From Polyangiales bacterium (GTDB lineage Bacteria; Myxococcota_A; Polyangia; Polyangiales; Ga0077539): a stretch of 16,784 nucleotides of DNA. The position numbers and the translations under genes were made by a program. Location: positions 1 through 16,784 of the forward strand of contig JBILLV010000200.1 in assembly GCA_044375895.1 (NCBI GenBank), read 5' to 3'. Shown piece after piece: positions 8,477 to 16,784 of this stretch (its first letter is position 1; the number at the start of each line of letters is the position of its first letter). The notes below the pieces were generated by a model. That model saw only the letters and a list, made by a program, of their open reading frames with translations, was not told the origin of the DNA and made no database searches.

Positions 8477-11218
8477 ATGAGCATCGAGAACCGCCAGAAG
8501 ATCCCTGTCCCCCGCCGTTCGTTCCTGTGGTCGCTCAACGAGACCTCGGGCGAGATCCTCCTGCACGTCGGTCCGACGGAATTCACCCCGAGCGCCAACG
8601 ACCGCATCGTCCGCGCGAACGAGCGGGGCGGCTTCGAGCAGGCGCCGATGGAGGCGAGGCCCTTCATCGTCGCCCGCGACGGGGAGTACGTCATCCTCAC
8701 CAACCCGATGCGCGGCGACGTGACCGAGGAGTACTCCAACGGGGCGTACATCCCCGGCGGCAACAAGGAGAAGGAGCTCATCCTCGGCACGACGCGCATC
8801 ATCCCGGGGCCCTGCGCCTTTCCGCTCTGGCCGGGCCAGTCGGCGGAGGTGCGGCCCGCGCACAAGCTCGGCGCCAACCACTACCTCCTCGTCGAGGTGG
8901 TGGGCGCCGTCGAGGAGCGCGCGCGGTACTACAAGCTCCTCATCGCGTCGGCGGAGCTGTCGAGCGCCGTCATCGACGCCGGCGGCGACGCCACCGACGC
9001 CCAGGGCGCACCGGAGGCGGGCGCGGCGAAGGTCCCGTCGCAGCTCCGGCTGGGTCAGCGCATCGTGATCCAGGGCCGCCACACGCAGCTCTTCATCCCG
9101 CCGTCGGGCGTCGAGGTGGTGGCGCCCGTCGAGGACGTCGACCCGTCGCAGATGGCGCGCACCGACACGGACGAGGACGGCATCGCGACGCTCCCACCAG
9201 CCACGCAGCAGGAGTGCGCGAAGCTGGTGGCGCAGGTGCGCGAGGGCGTGAGCGCGAAGCAGTTCAGCGTGCTCAAGAACGAGCTGCGCCACCGCAGCGA
9301 CCTCACCACCGGGCAGCGCGCCATCGTGCTCACGGCCCTCGACGCGGCCTTCGAAGAGCGCGGCGCCGCCCTGGCGCCGCGCGCGCGCAAGTCGGGTGTC
9401 ACGGGCGAGCGGCGCGCCCAGGGCCAGCCCATGGACCCCTACGCCCGCCGCGCGGTGGTGCTCGGGCCGAAGGAGTTCTGCATCCTGTTCGACGCCGACG
9501 GCAACCCGCGCATCGTGAAGGGCCCGGCGCGCGTCTTCCCGGGGCCCCACGACACCTTCCTCCAGCGCGGCTCGCGGCGGCGCGTGTACGACGCCTACGA
9601 GCTCGCCGAGCACCAGGCGCTCTGGCTCCGCATCATCGCGCCCATCACGCGGGAGAAGCTCGCCCAGCGCGTGCCGCCGAGCGTCACCCTCGACCGCGAC
9701 GTCTTCCCGCCGGGCCACGAGATGATCGTGCGGGGCCAGCCGACGGTGTTCTTCCCGTTCATCGAGGCGGAGGTGATCCACCCCGAGACGCGCGAGCCCC
9801 ACGTCGGCAACGACCACGACGCCGTCGTGCTCACCGCCCTCGGCGTCGACCAGAAGAGCGGGGTGTACGTCCGCGACCTGCGCACGGGCATGGTGAAGAT
9901 GGTGCGCGGCGAGACCTCGTACCTCGTCGACCCGCGCTACGAGGAGCACGTCCACCGCCGCGTCCCGCGCGAGCAGTGGAACCTCTGGATCGGCCATGCG
10001 GAGCCCCACAAGGTGACCCGCGACGAGGCCGTCGCGACCCCGTGGGCCATCTCGGTGACCGTCCCCAACAACGAGGCCGTGCTCATCACGTCGCGCCACG
10101 GGCGCCGCGTCGAGGTCGGGCCCCGCGTCGCGCTCCTCGACTACGAGGAGAGCCTCACGGCGCTCCAGCTCTCCAAGGGCCCCTCGAAGGACGGCAAGGC
10201 CACGGTGACCACGTGCTTCCTCCGCGTGCGCGGCGGTCGCGTGTCTGACAGCTTCGAGCTCGACTCGGCGGACTTCGTGCGCTTCAAGGTGCGCCTCGGC
10301 TTCGCGGGGCACTTCGAAGGCGAGGGGGAGCGGTGGTTCCAGGTCGAAGACCCGGTGAAGCTCCTGGCCGACACCGTGCGCTCGCGGCTGCGCGAGGTGG
10401 CGCGCGCGACCCCCGCCACGCGGCTCCTCGCCGAGCTCCCGGCGCTCGTCCGCCGCAGCCTCTTCGGCGAGGGCGACGCGCTCCGCTTCGAGGAGAACGG
10501 CATGGTGATCGACCGCGTCGACGTGCTCGCCTCGTCGGTGGCCGACGGCTCCCTCGCCGAGCTCTTCAACACGGTGCAGCGCGAGTCGGTGAAGCTCCAG
10601 CTCCACGACCAGCAGGCCACGCGTCGGCTGGAGAGCGCGCGCCACCAGGACGCCGTCGACGCCGACCAGCAGCTCCTGCAGCGCGGCGCCGCGCAGCGCA
10701 AGGCGGAGACCGACGCCCACGCCGCCGAGGCCGCCCACGCCCTCGCGACGCGCACCGGCGAGCTCGAGGGCGAGCGCCGCGCGACAGACCTCGAGCGCTC
10801 GCAGCGCCACCAGGAGCGCGTCCTGGAGTTCGAGGTGCGCACCGAGCGCGAGATGTCCGAGGCCGCCGCGGCCCGGCGCCTCCGTGAAGCGGAGGCAGCA
10901 GCGCGCGCGTCGGAGCTCGGGCACAAGGTCGCCGAGTCCCACCTCGAGGCCGTCGCCCGCGTCGACACCGAGCGCGCCCGGGCCTTCGCCGAAGCCGACG
11001 CCATCAAGCTCCAGGCCGTCCAGGCCGAGCTCGTCGGCGCCCTCCACGCGGCTGCAGACAGCGAGGTGATGAAGGCCGCGGCCAACAACATGAACCTCGT
11101 CGCCCTCCTCGGCGGCCGCTCGCCCGCGGAGATCTTCCAGCAGCTCCTCGCGGGCACGCCCCTCGCCCGCACCGTCCGCGACATGCGCGAGCGCGCGCCC
11201 GGCGACGACGCCGAGTAG
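8477..11218 (+). CDS. Major vault protein (MVP) homolog, apparently full length: vault repeats, shoulder domain and cap-helix coiled-coil
   Basis: The 913 aa length is close to the roughly 890 aa of human MVP. Block-by-block similarity to human MVP, from memory: [38 protein letters not shown] against [50 protein letters not shown] against [35 protein letters not shown]...[11 protein letters not shown] against EIRLAQDPFPLYPGEVLEK...[50 protein letters not shown] against [45 protein letters not shown] against [41 protein letters not shown] against [33 protein letters not shown]. The C-terminal 250 aa are a long Ala/Glu/Arg-rich helical coiled-coil, like the MVP cap helix. No signal peptide. The opposite-strand ORF 8408..11047 is a low-complexity shadow. 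Confidence 0.85.
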   Translation: [913 protein letters not shown]

Positions 11219-11274
11219 TCCTACACCCCCTCTGGTGCGCCGGGTGCGCGTGGCGTACGCTGCGCTTCGCCTCG

Positions 11275-12357
11275 ATGCGCGCGCTCTCCCTCACCCTCAC
11301 CGCAGTGCTCGCCCTCGGGTGCGGGGCCAAGACGGGCCTGCTCGTCCCCGACGTGCTCACCACGCCCGACACGGCGGACGTGCTCGACGCGCCCGACGTC
11401 GTCGACGGGCCCGACGTCTGCCAGCCGAGCCCGCTGCCCATCGAGCGCTTCGCCGCGGAGGTGATCTTCGTCATCGACCGCTCGGGCAGCATGGGCGAGC
11501 GCACGCGCACCGGCCTCACGCGCTGGCAGGCCGTCACCACCGCCCTGGCGCGCGTGCTGCCCGCCGTCGACCGCGAGCTGCTCGTCGGGCTGACGCAGTT
11601 TCCCGGCGCGACCAACGGCGACAACCAGTGCGGCGACAACAGCCGCATCGAGCTTGCCCCGCGGCTCCTCAACGCGCGCAACGTCCTCGCGGCGCTCGGG
11701 CGCACCACCCCCATGGGCGGGACGCCGACCTTCGAAGCGCTCCGCGCCGCCCAGACCTGGTACCGCACCACGCCCCCGTCGGGCCGCGTCCGCGGGCGCT
11801 ACCTCGTCCTCGCCACCGACGGCGGCCCCAACTGCAACGCCGCGCTCAACGGCGCCACCTGCTCGTGCACCAACTTCCGCACGGGCTGCAACCTCCCGCG
11901 CGGCGGCCTCGCGTGCCTCGACGACAACCGCACCATCGGCCTGCTCGGCGAGCTCGCCAGCACCAACATCGCCACCTTCATCATCGGGACGCCCGGCGAG
12001 GAAGGCGCATCGCTCCCGCAGACGCTCGACCGCATGGCCATCGCGGGCGGGCGGCCGCGGCCCGGCGCCGGCGCGTCGCGCTACTACCGCGCGGAGGACG
12101 TCGATGAGTTCGCGTCGGCCTTCCGCACCATCACGACGGAGCTGGTGCGCTGCCGCTACGTCACCAACCCCGTCGACGACCCCGCGCAGGTGAGCGTGCG
12201 CGTCGGCGGGCGCGAAGTCCCTCGCGACCCGTCGCGCGCCGACGGGTGGGACTGGACCTCGGTGTCGTCTGGGGAGGTGGTGCTCTTCGGCGCGGCCTGC
12301 GAGGCGTCGCAGCGGGTGGGCGGTGAAGTATCGATCCGTTACGGGTGCCAGCCGTAG
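11275..12357 (+). CDS. Lipoprotein with a von Willebrand factor type A (VWA) domain, a Cys-rich insert and a C-terminal Cys-containing domain
   Basis: Signal peptide plus lipobox: MRALSLTLTAVLALG|C. VWA MIDAS motif VIFVIDRSGSMGE (DxSxS), with conserved Thr and Asp positions in GGTPTFEAL and LVLATDGGPN. Seven-cysteine insert CNAALNGATCSCTNFRTGCNLPRGGLAC, consistent with an oxidising (periplasmic or surface) location. Acidic PDV(L/V)D peptide repeats in the linker after the lipobox. It lies 56 nt downstream of the MVP homolog on the same strand. The alternative-frame ORF 11235..12107 is Arg/Pro-rich and rejected. Confidence 0.8.
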   Translation: MRALSLTLTAVLALGCGAKTGLLVPDVLTTPDTADVLDAPDVVDGPDVCQPSPLPIERFAAEVIFVIDRSGSMGERTRTGLTRWQAVTTALARVLPAVDRELLVGLTQFPGATNGDNQCGDNSRIELAPRLLNARNVLAALGRTTPMGGTPTFEALRAAQTWYRTTPPSGRVRGRYLVLATDGGPNCNAALNGATCSCTNFRTGCNLPRGGLACLDDNRTIGLLGELASTNIATFIIGTPGEEGASLPQTLDRMAIAGGRPRPGAGASRYYRAEDVDEFASAFRTITTELVRCRYVTNPVDDPAQVSVRVGGREVPRDPSRADGWDWTSVSSGEVVLFGAACEASQRVGGEVSIRYGCQP

Positions 12358-12360
12358 CGA

Positions 12361-13323
12361 TCAGCCCGCGAGGGCCGCGTCGATGGCGCGCATCACGTCG
12401 TCGGTGAGCTTCGGGACGACCGCGAGGGCGCCGAGGTTCTCCTGGAGCTGCGACGTGCGGCTGGCGCCGAGGATCACGGTGCTGACGCGGGGGTTCTTGA
12501 GGCACCACGCGATGGCGAGCTGCGACAGCGGGACGCCGAGGTCGCTCGCCACCTTGCCGAGGCGCTTGACCACCACGAGGCGCGACGGGTCGGTGAGCAT
12601 CGGGCGGAGCCACTCCATGCCCGGCAGCGTCGCGCGCGCGCCCTCGGGAACGCCGTCGTTGTACTTGCCCGTGAGCAGGCCCGACGCGAGGGGGCTCCAC
12701 GTGGTGGTGCCGAGGCCGATGCGCTCGTAGAGGGCGGCGTACTCCGTCTCCACGCGGTCGCGGTGCAGGAGGTGGTACTGCGGCTGCTCCATCACGGGCT
12801 TGTGGAGGTGGTGGCGCTCGGCGATGTCCCAGGCCTCCTGGATCTGCGCCGCGCCCCACTCGGACGTCCCCCAGTAGAGCGCCCGACCCGTGCGGACGAT
12901 GTCGTGCATCGCCCAGACCGTCTCCTCCACGGGCGTGTCGGGGTCGGGGCGGTGGCAGAACACCAGGTCGACGTGGTCGAGCTGGAGGCGCTTCAGCGAG
13001 CCGTCGATCGACTCCAGCAGGTACTTGCGGTTGAGCGTGTTGCGCTCGTTGGGGCCGTCGTTGAGCCCCCAGTAGAACTTCGTCGACACCGCGTAGCTCG
13101 CGCGGCGCCACCCGGCCCGCTTGAGCACCCGGCCCATGATCGTCTCCGACTCGCCCTTCGCGTACACCTCCGCGTTGTCGAAGAAGTTCACCCCGGCGTC
13201 GTAGGCGGCGGCCATGCACTCGTGCGCGAGGTCGTCGTTCATCTGCTTGCCGTAGGTGACCCAGGAGCCGAAGGAGAGCTCGCTCACCTTCAGCCCCGCC
13301 CTGCCCAGTCGTCGGTACTGCAT
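12361..13323 (-). CDS. Aldo-keto reductase of the K+-channel beta-subunit-like (AKR6/Kv-beta) type; NADPH-dependent oxidoreductase
   Basis: Colinear similarity to Kv-beta2 throughout: [15 protein letters not shown] against LRVSCLGLGTWVTFG; [15 protein letters not shown] against YESGVNLFDTAEVYA; [19 protein letters not shown] against KKKGWRRSSLVITTKLYWG; [15 protein letters not shown] against YVDVVFANRPDSNTP; ALYWGTSEW against AMYWGTSRW; [15 protein letters not shown] against MTWSPLACGIISGKY; [12 protein letters not shown] against LPQLAVAWCLRN; [16 protein letters not shown] against LLGSSTPEQLIENLGA. Confidence 0.9.
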   Translation of the reverse strand: MQYRRLGRAGLKVSELSFGSWVTYGKQMNDDLAHECMAAAYDAGVNFFDNAEVYAKGESETIMGRVLKRAGWRRASYAVSTKFYWGLNDGPNERNTLNRKYLLESIDGSLKRLQLDHVDLVFCHRPDPDTPVEETVWAMHDIVRTGRALYWGTSEWGAAQIQEAWDIAERHHLHKPVMEQPQYHLLHRDRVETEYAALYERIGLGTTTWSPLASGLLTGKYNDGVPEGARATLPGMEWLRPMLTDPSRLVVVKRLGKVASDLGVPLSQLAIAWCLKNPRVSTVILGASRTSQLQENLGALAVVPKLTDDVMRAIDAALAG

Positions 13324-13349
13324 CGTCTCGTCGCTCCTGTCGTGTGCGC

Positions 13350-14546
13350 TCAGAACCCCGCCACCATGCCCAGCGTGAGCGTGTCCTGGCTCGCCGCCGA
13401 CGGGTCCGTCGCGCTCCCCTGATAGAACACCGGCGCCTCGGCGTGGTCGTGGCGGTACTCCAGCCGCGCGCTGAGGTGCTCGAAGGGAGCGTACTCCAGC
13501 GTCGCGGTCTGCGAGGTCATCCAGTCAGCCGCCCAGAAGATCCGTGTTCCCATGGCCGGCGCGCGGTCGAAGAAGAAGTCCGCACGCAGCGCGAGGCGGA
13601 GCGTGTCGGTGAGTTCGAAGCGCGCGTAGGCGGCCGCGGCGCTCCAGTAGTTGACGCCGAAGTTGTTGGGTTCGAAGCCGGCGTTGAGGTGGCCCATCAC
13701 CGTGACGCGTCGCCCGACCCGAACGCGCAGGTACACGTCGAAGAGGCTGCGCCACGCGACCCCCGCCGCGTCGGCCCGGTCGCGCTCGATGCCGCCGAAG
13801 TAGAGGGCGTTGAAGGTGACGTCCGCCGACGGCGCGTACGTGTATTGGAGCAGCACCGACTTGGCGACGTTGTTGTCGACGACGCTGTTCCACCCGTTGA
13901 AGACGCCGAAGGCGACGCTGTGACGCGCGTTGACGGTGTGGGTGACGCGCAGGCCCGTGTGGTAGAAGGGCAGGCCGTAGAAGAGGTTGGAGCGCGACCA
14001 GTTCCAGTTGTCGCGCACGGGCATGGCCTCGGGGCCGATGGGGGAGAGGAAGATGCCCGCCTCCACCAGCCACGCGCCCGCGCGCGCCCCGACGGTCGCC
14101 TGCTGGAGGTACTTCCACACCTCGGATCCAGTGGCCCCGACGCCCGCGAGGGCCCGCCGCGCGGGCTCGGCGCTGTAGTAGCTCTCGGGCGTGTGACCCA
14201 CCTGGAGCGCGAGCCGGCCCACCATCGCGCGGTACTGCCACGACGCGTCGAGCACGACGTTGGAGAGCGTGATGGTGTTGTGCCGGTTGTCGAAGCCGCG
14301 CCAGGCCGTCACCCCGTTCTCGGGGTTGTTGAAGTTCCACTGGTAGAGGGCTTCGACGTAGCCCGCGAGGGTGAGCGTCGCGCGCCCGGAAGAGAGCACG
14401 AACGGAGAGGCCGGCGCCTCTGGCGACGAGGGCTGTGCGGCGGTGAGCTCCAGCGGTCGCGTCGCCTCCGTCGCAGGGACCTCCTGCGCGCTGGCGCCCC
14501 CGGCGAAGAGGAGCGCGGCGATGCCCACGAAGCGATGCCCTCTCAT
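13350..14546 (-). CDS. Outer-membrane beta-barrel protein (porin-like; possibly the BBP2 family)
   Basis: Signal peptide [20 protein letters not shown]|QE, with GGAG 7 nt upstream of ATG 14546. A long body of alternating amphipathic strands rich in Y, W, F, G and N ([59 protein letters not shown]). The C-terminal residue is Phe (...LGMVAGF), typical of BAM-dependent outer-membrane proteins. Its start ATG overlaps the stop of the upstream gene (ATGA). The longer ORF extending to 14684 has an Arg/Gly-rich N-terminal extension and is rejected. Confidence 0.75.
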   Translation of the reverse strand: MRGHRFVGIAALLFAGGASAQEVPATEATRPLELTAAQPSSPEAPASPFVLSSGRATLTLAGYVEALYQWNFNNPENGVTAWRGFDNRHNTITLSNVVLDASWQYRAMVGRLALQVGHTPESYYSAEPARRALAGVGATGSEVWKYLQQATVGARAGAWLVEAGIFLSPIGPEAMPVRDNWNWSRSNLFYGLPFYHTGLRVTHTVNARHSVAFGVFNGWNSVVDNNVAKSVLLQYTYAPSADVTFNALYFGGIERDRADAAGVAWRSLFDVYLRVRVGRRVTVMGHLNAGFEPNNFGVNYWSAAAAYARFELTDTLRLALRADFFFDRAPAMGTRIFWAADWMTSQTATLEYAPFEHLSARLEYRHDHAEAPVFYQGSATDPSAASQDTLTLGMVAGF

Positions 14547-15667
14547 AGAATCTCCACGATGCGCACGCCGACGTCGCCCTCGATGTCCACGAGCTCGCCG
14601 CGCGCGATGGCCCGCCCGCTCGCCCGCACGGTCACCACGTCTCCCACCCGCGCGCGAAACGGCACCACCTCGCCCGCGCGCCACGCGGCCACCTCGGCGA
14701 AGGAGAAGGACTCCCGCGCGATCTCGACCGCGACCTCCACCGGGAGCGTCGCCAGCTGCGCCTCGTCGTCGTGATCTTCCATGAAGGGCACCAGTGCGCC
14801 GCAGAGCACCACCGCGCCGTCGTCGCGGAGCCGCGCCGCGCGCGCGAGCCCGGGAGGATGCCCCATGGCGACGGAGACGTCACCCCTCAGCGTGCCCTCG
14901 CAGAGAGAGAGCCCGTCGAGCGCGATCACCTCCCCCCGCGCGAGCGAGGCCAGCGCCGAGAGCGTCCAACGCGCTCGACCCGCCACCGCCGATGCGACGA
15001 CCGGGAGATCGTCGAGGCGTCGCCAGGAGGGTGAGTCGAAGGCCGGGCGCGCGTCGCGCTCCAACACCACCGTGACCCGCGCGGAGCGCTCGCCGAGCGC
15101 GAGCGTCCAGGGCCACGCGAGGAGGGGATCGCCGTGGAGCGCCGCGATCGCGTCGGGGAGGTCGTCGGTGATGGCGCGGACCACGGGCGGTGGCGCCGGA
15201 TCGAAGGCGCGCGCGAGCAGTCGGGCGGTGAGCGCGGTGAGGGCACCTTCCCAGCGCGGCGCGAGGGGGCCGTGCGGCGCGTAAGTGACCTCGGGCGCGT
15301 CCGGGCCGCCGAGGCAGCGCTGCGCGAGGGAGAGCGCGAAGGGGCGGTCGCACGCCACCACGGCGCACCCGTGGCGCAGCGAGAGCACGGCGGCGAGCGT
15401 CGCGCGGTCGAGGGAGCGAAGGAGCGTCCCGCGATCGGTCAGGGCGGGCGCGTGCGGCTGCGCGACCAGCGGAGCGCCCAGGAGCGCGCGGAGGCCGCCG
15501 TCGCGCTGCGGCCGCGGCTGCGAGGGCGCGCCGAGGCCACGAACGAGTGCGCGGACGAGGGCCACGTCGCGCCGTCGCCAGCGCGGCAATGAAGCGTAGG
15601 GGAAGGGCAGCGCGAGGTCGCTCACCGCGTGTGGCACACGAGAGCGCGCCGCCCGAGACGACGTCAA
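14543..15667 (-). CDS. SpoA (FliN/SctQ-family) domain protein; cytoplasmic C-ring-type component of type III secretion or flagellar systems
   Basis: The C-terminal 70 aa, [70 protein letters not shown], match the SpoA/FliN consensus (...vpvevsvelG.t.ltl.ell.L.vGdvi.L......pv.l.vng..ia.GElv.vdg..gvri.ei) almost position by position. The 300-aa N-terminal region is not recognised. Stop overlaps the start of the downstream beta-barrel gene. The start could be the ATG at 15667 or an internal site. Confidence 0.7.
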   Translation of the reverse strand: MTSSRAARSRVPHAVSDLALPFPYASLPRWRRRDVALVRALVRGLGAPSQPRPQRDGGLRALLGAPLVAQPHAPALTDRGTLLRSLDRATLAAVLSLRHGCAVVACDRPFALSLAQRCLGGPDAPEVTYAPHGPLAPRWEGALTALTARLLARAFDPAPPPVVRAITDDLPDAIAALHGDPLLAWPWTLALGERSARVTVVLERDARPAFDSPSWRRLDDLPVVASAVAGRARWTLSALASLARGEVIALDGLSLCEGTLRGDVSVAMGHPPGLARAARLRDDGAVVLCGALVPFMEDHDDEAQLATLPVEVAVEIARESFSFAEVAAWRAGEVVPFRARVGDVVTVRASGRAIARGELVDIEGDVGVRIVEIL

Positions 15668-15723
15668 GCGTGTCGTGACATTGGCGTCGGTCTTCGCCCC
15701 GCGTGCAGAAGATCTTGCGCGAG

Positions 15724-16784
<1,061 letters not shown>

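Noticed and set aside
8408-11047. 879-aa ORF on the minus strand opposite the MVP gene
   Set aside because: The translation is low-complexity, dominated by Leu, Gly, Ala and Arg (GADELGLDGLELDGVGFGEGPGALGVD...). That is the typical antisense shadow of a high-GC gene. The + strand frame has a diverse composition and recognisable MVP motifs.
11252-11259. 8-bp palindrome gcgtacgc in the MVP-VWA intergenic gap
   Set aside because: Too short to be meaningful on its own in 72% GC DNA. It cannot form a hairpin because it has no loop. Noted only as a possible operator half-site.
11235-12107. 290-aa + strand ORF overlapping the VWA lipoprotein gene in another frame
   Set aside because: Arg/Pro/His-rich. 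The 11275 frame has a lipobox signal peptide and a MIDAS motif.
14547-14684. Upstream extension of the beta-barrel ORF (MARGRGGAVSRAGGRRGDRAGERAGHRARR...)
   Set aside because: Arg/Gly-rich shadow lying inside the SpoA-domain gene. The ATG at 14546 has a GGAG Shine-Dalgarno and starts a canonical signal peptide.
13344-14774. 476-aa + strand ORF, and ORFs at 13525..14340 minus and 12763..13422 +
   Set aside because: Shadow ORFs of the beta-barrel and reductase genes. Arg/Gly/Val-rich repetitive translations without motifs.

Overview
The window is about 72% GC and gene-dense, and looks like a Myxococcales chromosome. The evidence is a MYXO-CTERM-like sorting tail on one protein, two eukaryotic-like Ser/Thr kinases, and the pervasive antisense 'shadow' ORFs typical of high-GC DNA. 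I call 15 protein-coding genes and no RNA genes, CRISPR arrays or mobile elements. A small partial-to-secreted-protein-to-metalloprotease operon ends in a matrixin-like (M10) zinc protease with a MYXO-CTERM tail. Next is an ECF sigma factor with a candidate GAAC-N17-CGTT promoter upstream, then GTP cyclohydrolase II (ribA) and exonuclease III (xth). After that come a TetR regulator, a Ser/Thr kinase with a coiled-coil tail, and a polytopic membrane metallophosphoesterase. The most striking gene is a 913-aa ORF (8477..11218, + strand) that reads as a full-length homolog of the eukaryotic major vault protein (MVP). From my recall of human MVP, it carries the vault-repeat motifs, the SPFH-like shoulder and a C-terminal coiled-coil cap helix. 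A von Willebrand A (VWA) domain lipoprotein follows it 56 nt downstream. On the minus strand there is a string of tightly coupled genes: a SpoA/FliN-domain protein (type III secretion or flagellar C-ring type), an outer-membrane beta-barrel, and a K-channel-beta-like aldo-keto reductase. A second, 3'-truncated Ser/Thr kinase closes the window. All calls come from reading the translations; I ran no database searches.
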